Under the pieces are notes generated by a model, which was not told the DNA's origin, did not search any database, and saw nothing but the letters and a program-made list of their open reading frames with translations. The translations under genes were made by a program, and so were the position numbers. 64,000 nt of DNA from Paragordius varius. Its lineage: Eukaryota; Animalia; Nematomorpha. Of this stretch, positions 1 through 12,331 are shown one piece after another. How positions within the stretch are numbered: position 1 is the first letter of the stretch; every line of letters starts with the position of its first letter. The DNA lies in contig OZ176052.1 in the NCBI GenBank assembly GCA_964247055.1, forward strand, positions 4,836,001 to 4,900,000, written 5' to 3'.

Positions 1-206
1 TGATTACGCCATGGTAGTTTTATGTGATTTAAGATATTTGAAACCGGAAATTCAACAAAAGTTACCTCTTTGGATGTTGAATGGCAAAAGTCACATTGAA
101 AAATGCCATTTTAAATCAACGGCCGAATTTGGGTACCATGTTTCACATGTATAGCTTTTTAATATAATTTGCTTAGTTTTTCAAACAAGTCAAGGCGTCA
201 CGGTAA
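1..206 (+). CDS. DDX11: 3' end of an XPD/DinG-family Fe-S DNA helicase, most like DDX11/Chl1 (partial; exons <1-148 and 177-206)
   Basis: Frame from nt 2 reads DYAMVVLCDLRYLKPEIQQKLPLWMLNGKSHIEKCHFKSTAEFGYHVSH. This fits the family C-terminal signature D-[YF]-[AG]-x-x-x-[LF]-x-D-x-R-[YF]...KLP-x-W. A 28-nt GT-AG intron (149-176) removes an in-frame TAG and adds FFKQVKASR*. The paralog choice (vs XPD/RTEL1/FANCJ) is from memory. Confidence 0.65.
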
Positions 207-715
207 TCGAACAGTGCAATTAATTTAAAGCTCTAAACGGATTTTATGATTGAGCTGGATGTAATTATATTGAAATGGCAATCATGATCTCAATTATTAA
301 TAAATTTGGAATTTCATTTGATATATTTGTTGGTATTTTATCCAAAATACACTTCAAATTCAAAAACATTTTTTTGAAAATTTTACGTGAAAACCCTATT
401 GGACTATATAAAATAAACAAATGCACCTATTTATGGTTAGTATAACCGTTTTTTTCTCACAAAATTGTTATTATATATAATTTAATTTTACTCGATATAT
501 CCTAATGTTAGACAAAAAGGATGCAAAAATTGTAAAATTCTATGCTTGGCTTCCTTTTCATATGTAAAGCAAATATATAAAAGTTGGCCTGGGTGAGTCA
601 CCAATTTATTTAAAGTTTTATTAAAAAATGTAAAAATCTAAGTGTATATATATCAATCAGAATAAATATACTTTATTTGTATAAATTATGTATATTATTT
701 AGTTCAGTTAATATA

Positions 716-2883
716 TTAAACAGATTTTCCAATGGACTCACTGTTAACTCTCGAAGAGGTTTCGATATTAGTTTGATTGTCTTGTGCAATAAGGAGTTGT
801 GTTTCATCATTCCCTTTGCCAGTGGGAGATGCCGGACTAGATTTATTTCGTTTTTCTTTTTTACTTTTGGTCGTGGTATTGCTTGTAATGCTTTTATTTT
901 TGACCAATATAGGTTTTTTAGTTGGTTCTTTTTTCGTGCTTGATGAGGTTATTTCATAAATTTTGTTTTGGCTATTAGATCTTGCTTTTAAACTTAATGT
1001 GGGGGATGATACAGAGTTCCTGAGATTTTGAGAATTGCCCTTTATACCGAAATTTATTATATATCCATGGTGGTTTTTTATCACAAAATGTTTCAAAACC
1101 CTAAAATTTGGTGTTTAAACAAAATAAATTCCAAAACCAAACTGTGATAAACAGGTGATTATCAGTCTTTTACACTTTTGCAAAAAATTAAGTGCAAGCC
1201 TAACTTTTCATGCTCTATATCTCTTGTCTATTTTTTAAAGATGTTAAAATATGCCTTTTTATACATATGTTTATATTCTAAAAAGTGGCAACTTTTGAAT
1301 AAATTGTCAATGTTTCGATAGTAATAAACATCCTATTATTTATTTATCATCTGTTTATTTAAACACGCCAATTTATTTGATGGATGAACCGGAGCTATTT
1401 TGGTTTAATTTAAAAATCATTTGTATTTTGTAAAGTTTCTTACGATTTGCGGCTCTGGAATACTACTCGTCTCGTTTTCTACGTTTGTTGTGAGCGTATA
1501 ATAATTGTCACTTGCATCCATATAATTGGAATTACTTTCAACACTTTTGGGCCCTGATATCGTATTATTTGCCGGTTCTTGATTGCTTTTTTGGGGTGTT
1601 TTAGAAGTGTCCTTTGTTTCACTGTTTTCTTTTTCATCCTCCTCGTCGTCATCCTTATCTTTACAAAAAAAACTTAAATAATCCATAATTTTCTCAAGTA
1701 AAACAATCTTGAACTATTATGGCTATTATGATATGGTTGATAATATATTATAGAGTTATGGCATTTATGTTGTGCCAATTCACATTTTTAACCTATTGGC
1801 AATGCAGTAGCGTATGGGTAAAAACAACAAATGGTTAAAATTAAGCAATTTTTTATACAACAATATTAAATTTTATTTAATTAAGGGAAAAATTGCTTTT
1901 ATATGATTTGCTACTGTAATACCAATGGCTAACAACAAAAAGTGCTGTGATTTTGTAACAAATTTACTTATCAAATCTGCTTTACCATGTTAAAAAAAAT
2001 TGTTTCCATTATTTAAAATAAATAGTCAAATTTATAAAAAAAAATTATTGATGTAAGTACCTGTTTTTTTCCCCTTTTTCTTTTTCTTGCGCCAAGAAAA
2101 CCACCATTCATGATCTTTCGGATTAACGATTTCGGACGAATATTTATAGATTTCTTTCCCCCGCGAAAATATCAATGGTTTATCTTCTTTATCATCTTTT
2201 TCTTCTATAAGAAATATTATGACCTTTGTACATGTTAGGAACCTTAAAATTGTATTTATAAATAAGGGATAAGCTATCCAACGTTAACACCAAATAAGAT
2301 ATATTATCTGGCTATATTAAAATTTAATAGTACAAACTGAGAATTTTATTTGTTTCATATTAAGGTCATGTGAATGAGCCGTTAAGGCGACTATGTCTCC
2401 TCTCAATATGCACATTCAAATAGCTCCCATGGTCTCCTCCTATTTTTTAAAGTTTTCATGAGCCAAAATGTTGGCCCACATTTTTCTATCCTTAGGTTTT
2501 AAATGTATTCTCATTATACAAAAAAGAATGGAATATCCAATTTTTCGAAAAGAATACTATATTTATAATATTTTGCTTTAAATTTTGAAAGAGGAAAAGC
2601 AATAATTAATATTGATATTGCAAACATTAAATTTATGAAATTTGGTTATTTTTGAAGTGTATAATTAAATTATTATATAATGAAATTTGAAAACATACCC
2701 AATGAATCGTCGCTGGTAGATGGAGATAAGGTTTTGGGCTAAGAATTAGTATTTGCAATACATACCTTTTCGGAATTTTCTTCATTTTTCATGGTATGAT
2801 AAAATAGGAAATTTACCATAAATTTGGCATTGATTTGCCACGTAATACCAAAACTGGTGGCTTTGGTTGTTTTATTTCATGTT
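716..2883 (-). CDS. Multi-exon gene for an unknown low-complexity, charged Ser/Thr/Lys-rich protein (5' end unresolved)
   Basis: Phase-consistent GT-AG exon chain: 2699-2738, 2061-2204, 1444-1658, 1048-1100, 716-1019. It includes the supplied ORFs 1417-1686 and 716-1096. Further candidate exons lie at 2766-2793 and 2817-2883. No family recognised. Confidence 0.55.
1780..1945. mobile_element. Tc1/mariner-like MITE family E, degenerate copy
   Basis: Shares the core tagcgtatgggtaaaaa(g)caacaaa...gttgaaaa with copies at ~15985-16170 and ~58940-59150. Confidence 0.55.
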
Positions 2884-3497
2884 CTAAAAATAAATTAGAA
2901 TGTTTGTAAAAATAACGATATCCTATGGACTTTGAGTAATGATACGATTAATTAGTGTTTCACTATTTTTACTTTTTACACGTTACCACTATCTTAATTA
3001 ATCACGTTATGCTCAAATTTTTTTCTCTCAAAGTTTTTCACTCCCTAAATAAAATATCAAATTTATTTTTGGTATCTTAGCATAACAAGCGTTGAATGTT
3101 TTAGCGATAAAATGATTAATTATGTAATTTAAAAATTACGCATTTTCTCATAATTATTGTATATTAACATAAAGTATCTATAAAATCTATGAGAAATTAT
3201 AAAAAGTAAAATATCTACTATATAATAATCTAAAATTGTTTTAGATCATATGGCATTTATTAACTTATATCAAATGTTGGTTATCATTTAAATAATTGAA
3301 TAAACTAAACGTATGAAAAACCAATAATTATATTTTATTGTGATCATCCAAATATCCTACCGATTTTAGGATATTTTCCAACATGGCAAAACAATTCAGA
3401 TATACAAGAACTATCAATATTTTTAAACTCAGTGGATGAGCTGATAAAATTTTGGTAAAAAAATTGTTAGCTTGTATCCCCTTTTGGTATTCGCTGA

Positions 3498-4989
3498 TCT
3501 ATATATTTATAAAAATGGAAAGTGGTGACTTTGTGATCTGTTTCCGGAAAACCGGTAAACCCATTCAAATCAAAATGTCGCAAAAATATAATCATTAATG
3601 AATGCCCCGACAATAGCTTCGCCCTTTTTTTGAATTAGGTCCCCAGTTCGGGCCCACCCCGTGTAAAAAACGGTTTTTTTTTGAAAATAGAAGTCCACAA
3701 AAATCGTGTTGAGACAATTTTCCGGAGAACGTGTCGGACCATTCAATTTCAAATATAATTTACTTATTTTCGATTGCGCCGAACATAGTCGGCTCGCTTT
3801 TTTAATTTTGGCCCTCTTTTTACCCGGTCCCCTTATAAAATGCATTTTTTTCAAAAAAATTAAGTCCACAAAAATAATTTTTTAAATCTATTTTTCGCCC
3901 AAGGTATGAGACCGTAAAAATTCAATAAGGATTCCACGTATTCCCTGTTAAAAGGCAAAAAGTTTAGTCAAGCGTTTTTTTATATTGGCTCCGAGTAAGG
4001 AGATGCCCGCGAAAAACTGACCCGTTATATCGAAATACCGTGCCTTTGGGGCTAAATTTCAGAAAACCTATAAGGCCATATGAGTTCAATAGCTGCTTAA
4101 AATATTACCCGTAACAAGGCAAAATTTTAGATCGTACGTTTTTTTTCAATTAGCCGTTTATTAGGCCCTTCACACCCTGAAAAATGCTCCACCATAGAAT
4201 GATTTTAAAATTTTGAGGCAATTTTTCCAAAAACTTATAAGAGCATATGGAATCAATCATGATTCCAGGTATTCTCCGTAAAAAGGCAAAAATTTTAATC
4301 AAGCACTTTTTTGTATCAGCCTCTGGATAGGGGGCTACCCGCCAAAAAGTGCGCCACTATATAGAAAATACGTTGTTTTGGAACTAATTTAAAGAAAACC
4401 AATCAGGCCATAGAAATATTACCCGTAACCAGGTAAAAATTAAGGTCAGGCCTTTTTTATTAGCCGTTAATTTGGGGCCGTTTTGCCCTAAAAATACACT
4501 ATCATATAACGATTTTTTAGTGTTGTATTTTTTCAAATAACCCATGAGATGATGGTCTCAAAGATCATTCCAAATATTTTCCCAACAAAGGCAAAAAATT
4601 TAATTTTGCGCTTTTTCCATATGGGTAGGCTACCGGTTTAAAACCGAGACGCTATACAAAAATGGCCTGGCTTTGAAGCTAATTTTCAAAAAAATTAAGA
4701 AGCCATACGAGTTCAATAAAGGCTTTAAATATTACCCATAAAAAGGTAAAAATTATAATATAGCGGTTTTTTCCGTTAGCCGTCAATTTGGGGCCTTTAC
4801 ACCAGTAAACAATATATTAGTATGAATCCAACGTTTAGAAAATCCTATGAGATCATAGCTATTAAATAATGTTTCGAAATAATCCACATATATGGATCAT
4901 TTTATTGTCCCTTTTTTTAAATAGCCCTCTCCCCCCCAGAAGTCCGAAGGACTTCCTCGGGCTGCGTAGCAGCGCGAGATGTACGCTAG
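3498..4989 (+). mobile_element. Non-autonomous Helitron (family A), complete
   Basis: Starts A|TCTATATATTTATAAAAATGGAAA and ends with GC-rich hairpins (4939-4978) plus CTAG|T. Inserted between A and T with no TSD. Interior is degenerate ~150-bp subrepeats shared with 35733-37617 and 44246-50278. Confidence 0.85.
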
Positions 4990-5140
4990 TGATATTATAA
5001 TGGTTTAACATAATATGCGTACAAATGGAATTAAAGATTTTAAATACTTTAATAATGATTGGAAAAGCCCCTATTTTAGATCAATATCCTTATACCAATT
5101 TCAAGATTTAGGTTTTTCATTTATTTAATAAATAAAAATT

Positions 5141-5365
5141 CTTGGGTGTCCAACACAGATGGCTTCGGGGGCCGCATTCGCAAAATATATGGGCATCAAA
5201 TATTGTATTATATTACCAAAAAACTATTTATTTCAATTTTTGCTAGTTCATTGCCAAAATTTGGGAAAAATTTACCAAAATTTATTCTTAGATTTTGTAA
5301 TTTATATTTTAAATTTCTAGCGGGCTGAAGAAATATTTTGAAGCGCCGCATGTTGGACACCCCTG
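5141..5365. mobile_element. hAT-like MITE
   Basis: Terminal inverted repeats cttgggtgtccaac / gttggacacccctg. A related right end (gcggccc...gttggacacc) lies near 17750-17785. Confidence 0.55.
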
Positions 5366-7220
5366 AAATAAACTATATTTTGTTAAAATTATATGGTCGA
5401 ATAACCTCTGGATAAAGGAAATATATAGAATAAGCTTTTAAATAAAATAAGAAACATATTTATATTAGCTTGGTCTGTTACAAAAAATATTTTTTACTTT
5501 ATTAATTATGACAAGGTGTCTTCTATTTACATATATTTTTTTAGCAATAATATATCGCAAACTTTGGGGATATGTATTTTTATTAATTATATCAGATTTT
5601 CTTAAAATTTTTGGTAAATCAGAAAATATGTTTAACATGAAACTCTTTTATGCGGCATTCCAGGTTTTTAATCTGTTAAACAAATTTATGTACATTTTTT
5701 AAGAATGTTTGATTGTTTATTCGTTTTATCAATTTTAATTAAAACATATATTGACCTAAGAATTGGTTGTTGGTTGGGGTTCATCTGTACTAATACTTAG
5801 CTTTTCCTTTCTTTAATAAGTATACTCGTTTAAATTATTGTGACAGTCATAAATTGGAATATATATAATCCCTGTTTCTACTGTTATTTTCCATATACTT
5901 TATCAATATTGGATCTAATACCTAATAGGATTCATTTCCTATTATTAAATGATTTATAGATATTCATGCAACTCTGTAAGTTTTGATAGGTGGATGATGA
6001 ATTTTTATAGACTTTGTATTGAATAAGCATGAATGGGTTTTGAACCGGTTTTTTGACCGCTTATGAACACAGACATTCCTGCAAATCTTTATTAAATGTT
6101 GCAAATTAACCAGCAATAAATAGGAAGTTAACCGTTTGAATTGGGATTCAGGAGTGTAATAAAACACATAACAATGAATAAAAATGTGGTCAATTTTATA
6201 ATTTCATTATTATTTGTTAAATTTAATTTTTATAACATTATTTCCAAATTATTTAGTAACGTGAAACATATATATTTTCTTTGCTGGTGGGTCCGGTTTG
6301 TTCCCACCCTGTAAATTACATTATAAAGAGAGCATTTCATCTTTTTACTTTATTTTTATATGAAATCTTTTTTCGAATAAATTTTAAAGCAAATATTACC
6401 CATATTTATTTTTTGATTGAATGTAAATGATTGTATCGTAAATATATGATAAAATAATCAATATTATATACATGTATAGTTTAAAATAATAAATTGTGTG
6501 GATGATGTTATTTTACATGAAACAATATATTAATCAAGTTTTGTACAAAAATGCGATACAAAAATAAATTGTATGAATTTATCATCACCTACTATATATT
6601 TTATATAAGATTTAAAATAGACCGGGAATCAAAAGTATTTTGAACTAGACAGATTGTAAGGCATAAATCAGGCAAATGGATTATACATAATATGTATATA
6701 ATAAATTATTAAATTATATGTGGGTTAAATTTTTTTTATCAAAAATAGAAATGGTCATTAAAAATTTATCAAATACGTTTTTACCAATTATATTCAGATA
6801 TAAAATATTAATAAGAAATGCGGATAGAGTAGGGAAATATTTTGATTAACATATAAACCCTTTTGCATTGATTAAATTAATTCAAATTAAAAAATTGACA
6901 CCGATAAAATGTTTAAAAATAATATAAATATGTATTGCGAATCACTCTATTATTCCAGAAAATCAAACAAACTAAAAAGGATAAATCAAATGGATTGCAC
7001 CAAAACACCTTTATAATTTATGTTTTTAACAAATTAATATTATAGTAAGGATTCAAGGAAATTTTAATATTAAATTGTAAGTTTGTTGGGTGTGCATGCA
7101 TAAAATAAAATATTATATAATATAATATTAAACACTATCAACTAACATCCTATTTTTGGCACCAAAATTTGTAATCAAATATATTAATGTTATTATTATT
7201 GGATATTTCCCAAGAGTCCG

Positions 7221-10200
7221 TTAATTTTCAATTCTTGTCATGTCCTTTATTGGTTCCCAATAAAATTTAAAGGTTGTTAAATCATTGGAATCGTTGATTT
7301 TCCGTATTACAACATGCTTTGTTGTTGATGCGGGCATTTGTTCATCAAAGCAATCATCACATTCATCGGCCACTTCATCATGCATGTTGGCATAGGTAAG
7401 ATCGCGCGGCCTTAAATACCCACACCCCTTATCGCCAAAATCAATTTCATAATTCTAATTTTATGCAAATAAATAAAAAATATTTTACAGTATTCCATAT
7501 TAAGGTTGATGTTAAAAAAGAAGACAGAGCTTTTATAATGTTTCACAAAAAATAAAGGGTTTATTCTTCTTAAGAATTGAAAAATTTTGGGAGATGAAAA
7601 CAGACAATTATTAATATAATTAATTACCCAGTGTTTTCGGGAAAGTTTAATAATTAATTATTAATTAACATAATCGTCTGTTTTGATAAGACGGAATAAA
7701 TCAGTGTTCTAAACGAATGATTTTAATTTTAAACGAAATTTCATTATTTAAAAATATAAAAAAATATAGGTTATTTTCAATATTGGAAAACATATAATTT
7801 ATTTAAGGATGAATTTTAATTGTTAGAGGGTGAATTTGAATTGTTTAAGGGAGAATTTGAGTTTTTGGTATACCAAAATTTTTCCCCTTAAATTACTAAT
7901 AAAATATAATGTTTTTTCAAATATATTTTTTAGAAGAAGTTTTTGAGCATATTAAAAATATTTTATACACCTTGAAAAATTTTGATAACAATGGGTCGTT
8001 TCATTATTCATGTTACAATTTAAAACATACTGAAATATTTATGTCAAACGGATTTATGGTACGATTAATTGAATTTGAGAGAAAATTTTCGGCGAAAGAT
8101 TGTTCAAGTTTTTGTCTGTATTCGTTTATTTGATGTTCCAACTCTAATCGTTCCTCCAACAGGCGAGCTTTTGCTTTGTTCAGTAAATTTACATTTTGTC
8201 CAAGATAATTGATCACTTTAAAATAAAATTTATTATGTAGAAAATAAAATAAAGTTAAGTTTTATTTCCAAGATGACAATGTAAAATATACTATGATAAA
8301 AAAAATCCAATCAATGAGATCCTACATCGACATTTTATATATTTTTTCATATCGGTGACAAATTTTGATAATTCGCACCTGACCTTTAATTTGTTTATAG
8401 TTTTATTTTTAAATTAAATTTTCCAAATTTTTCGCGTCCCCCTTTCTTAGGAACCACTGCAGTAGTGTATGGGCAAAATGTATTAAACAATTTTTTCCTT
8501 TTTTTATTTAATTTTATTATAAAAAAATTACCGACATTACTGTATTACCAAATGGCAAGCAATAATGTGTATATACCAGCATAAATAAGCATTAAAAAAG
8601 TAAAATATAAAACAATATTATAGTTCCTAATTTATTTTAATTTTGTCTTATTTTTACATTCAACAGAGATTACTAATGGTATAATAAAAATTGAAATTAT
8701 ACAGACAAAAGGTAAAATCATATTTCAAAATACAACCAAATTCTTCAAAACTTCAATTTTTCCCAATCAGAATAACAATTGTATAATACATTATTGATTG
8801 AACCAATTTACATCTCTATCTCCTTGTAATTTACAAATCAAGTTTTTTTGAAGTAAAGATTGTATGTTTTGTCGGTTCATATATTAATTTAATTGCTTAA
8901 ATTATTGCCAATTTAATTAATAAAGAATAAAATAAGGTTAACATTGTAATAATCTAAAAAATGATATTATCATATTTTTGGCTTTTGCCTTAAAGGGGTT
9001 TCAAAAGTGGTTGGTTTCGGTTCCGTCCGTGAAAAAACGATAATAAGCTTTAAAATGAGAAATTCAGCTGTTAATATGTGAGCAAATGTAAATTTTTGCT
9101 TATTTTGTTAGGTCATCACACATCCATGAAAAAACGTATTTCAACCATATTTATTAAACGTAAAGATATTAGTCGTTATATGTATTTTTAAGTTATCTAC
9201 AGTATTGAAAAAGGATTCGCTTAATTTACTTAAAATCTAATTTTGGGACCAATGAAGTGAACAATTTCTCATACATTTATCTTACAGGTGTTATACAATA
9301 CCAAATAAAGAATAGCACAAATCTAATTTAAGGTAATACTATCAAGTTTCCGTTTCCGACAATTCTGAGCCGCAATCTTATTCTTGCCTCTACGCCTTAT
9401 GTCGCGCACAAGACCAATTTGTTCTGCGGTAAGATCCGATTTTCTTAACAGCTCACCAAATGCATCGATAGGCAAACTCACTATATCATCCAAACTGAAT
9501 GGAAGGGATAAAGCTAAAGCCAGCCTATTATCCTTATCCATGGTATCCATCAGGGATCCAACACTCATTTTGGATTCATCATTCGTTATTGTATCATCCA
9601 TTGATATTTCATTATCGAAATTGTAGGTGTTATTATCATTATTGGTATCATTATGGGTATTCATTTCCTCTCTAACCATTTCATCTATCGTAGTAGCATT
9701 ATTTTGTTTGTTGGCAAGTGTGGACGCATCCATATTTGTATCGTGTTGAAAGCCTGTAAAAAAGGTTGGGAACAATGTTTCCTGATTATAGCAAGAAGGC
9801 ATAGGTTTGTAGAGTGTAGTGTCAGGATGCCTATTACATTGACCTATATTGCTTTCGTTTTGTACTAATTCGTTATAATTTGGATCCGGTTTCTTAAATT
9901 GGCTTTATGGTATATAATAAATTTTAAAACATCTCAAAATAAAATAAATAGAAATTTGCAGTTAAGTATTATATTAAATGCATATCACTACATATAAGTA
10001 TATATATATATATATATATACCTTGTACGGAGGCCTATTTGATATTCAATATATTTCTTCACGAGTTCCTCAATATGAGCATTATTATACCATTCTAAAA
10101 GACAATAAATATACTCATTAGAATTCCTTCTAATCGATCTAATTATCATAATATAAATTTAAAAAATGACACTAAGTAAAGACATTTCGAACTCTTTAAA

Positions 10201-12331
10201 TCTCTATAACTATTTAGTATATGTCAGTTGCTTTTATCTATAAAGCTTTTTGGAAAACTACCTTTGCTAAAAGCCATTTGCTGTTTCCAAAGGCCAATGT
10301 GTTTAAGCCACTGACCATAAGTTGTTTGAGTATTGGCTAAATTGTTTTTAGACCCAGGAGATTGTTTAACGTCCTTGGTGTTGCCATATTCTATGACTGA
10401 TTTGTCGGTAAAAAATCGTGGGTTACCACATTCAGCGATTGATACATCATTAAACTGTTTTTGATTGTGTCCATGTAAATTAGAACCTAACCGTGGAATA
10501 ATAAAATATTAATTAACGAAAGAATAATAAAATTAATTATAATTATCATTACTTTCATTTGGTGTATATGGCGTGGGAAAAGCATGTTTAGATAAATCGA
10601 GTCCATATATAGCGGCATTCGTTTGAATATTTTTGGAATAATTTTGGTTTATTTGAGCAGCGTTTGTCATCTCATCCTCAAAGTTTAAATCGACACCAGA
10701 CTACAATCGATAAAAATAGTTATGGCATAAATATTTTTTTAATTGCGATTTTTGTTGTAATTATTGTTATTATATATTGATTTAATATATAGAAACCCAA
10801 ATTTGTATAATTCATTATTATAAATAAAATTAATTATGGCATCCTTTAATAATAAAACATTAAATTTTTAAAAAATATTTGAAAACTTACATCAGTGTTC
10901 AAGCCATCTTTGGGACTTAAACCATTTTTTTCGTCTGGTGAGGATTGACTAATTAAACCACATTCCTCGTCTCTAAAACCGGAACTACTGTTTCGGCATT
11001 TACTTTTTACAGAGGTCGAGGTGCTTGAACTTTCTCGTTCAATGGGCAAAATTTGGTCAGAGTCTTTTAAAAATTTATGATGTATCGTTAATGGTTTATA
11101 CATGAAATTAGAATTTTGAAGGTTTATAGCATCCGATTTGGATTGATTATGTTCGCTAGAGTTAAGATTTGATTTATGTGAAGGATTACATCGATTCTGT
11201 TGTCTTTGACATGCTGATGAGGAAATAACTTCTTTTGAGGTTTCAATTTTTGGCATGTGATTCGAAGAATTGTCTAATTTGGTCTCAAAATTTTTTAATA
11301 ATTGCAAATTTTCAATCGAACATTTAGAAGTTTTATTAGATAAATGCTGTGTTAAATCCAATGTCTGCAAAATATTAGTTTGATCTGATTGCAATGCTGA
11401 ATAATTTTGGTATTCATTCCAATATGGGTGATTAGCTTGATATTTGATGGGCGCTACAATTTAAAAATTTATAATTTCATAAGTAATCAATTTATCAGAA
11501 AATTATAACGCAACCAATTAATCATTTATTGATTGCAAAAAGTTATCAATTACTTTTACACATAAACAAATGTAATATCTTAATGTTATTCCAGACACAA
11601 TTATCCATAATATTAGATAAGAATAATAATACCATTTTGTGGAGTTTTTAAAAAACTTATTTTAGGCTATTAATTTTTTAATAATATTTTTATATAATAC
11701 AACGCTCCTTTTAAATTTTAACATGCAAAAGAAAAAAAATTCGTCTGCGCACCGAAATGATTTCAAAAAAATTACCCGATTGATTACACCCATTTTTCCT
11801 CCAGAGTTGGTAGAATAAATTTTGTTGCTGGCACATGATCTCGTAATTATGGATCATTGTAGCATTTGAAGTAGCGCTAGTTGGATTATTTAGATTCCCA
11901 CATGCAGTCATGGTGGATAGGTAAATGTTTAACATGTATTGATTGATAGATTCGAAATAGGCTTTAATCCGTTCTGTATATAGGCGTGACCGTTCGGACG
12001 ATGATTGCATACTTTGTGGATTGTCATTGTCTTTGTCATCGTCCTCATGCAATGTAAGGGAATTTTCATTAAGCATTGTGTTAAAATCCATTTTAACACT
12101 TTCAACTCCTCCGTGGGTGGGAGTAGATCTTTCCACCATACAATCTAATTCATTCTTAACCGATTTTGTATCGCCGAAAGCTATTGCTGTGCTATTTGTT
12201 GCCAATAACCTGGGGCTTCTTTCTTTGCCCCTGATGCATAAATTGATTGGAGAAGATGGTTGACTTTCATTTTGATTGATATAAATGGGATTTGGAAAGT
12301 ATGAGGGAGTTTTATTTACCTTTGATGCAAT
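7221..12331 (-). CDS. cnc: CNC-bZIP transcription factor (cap-n-collar / Nrf1-Nrf2 family)
   Basis: Phase-consistent exons 11776-12331, 10891-11453, 10553-10700, 10262-10486, 10022-10094, 9340-9902, 8031-8215, 7221-7454. CNC domain and basic region [55 protein letters not shown] splice into the zipper [33 protein letters not shown]. Confidence 0.9.
7790..7875. mobile_element. Right-end fragment of MITE family D (20-bp subterminal repeats)
   Basis: Tandem gggtgaatttgaattgtttaag units, also seen at ~54713-54941, ~59769-59985 and 62632-62945. Confidence 0.6.

Noticed and set aside
3342-3458. Kinase-like HPNILPILGY peptide on the + strand
   Set aside because: No other kinase motifs nearby; the region is better explained as decayed RT sequence or chance.
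3570-3869. Recurring ORFs (..MKLNGPTRSPENCL..) here and at 35726, 44206, 44255, 48588 and 48610
   Set aside because: They are antisense translations of the Helitron subrepeat. Frames differ between copies and there is no Rep or helicase motif.
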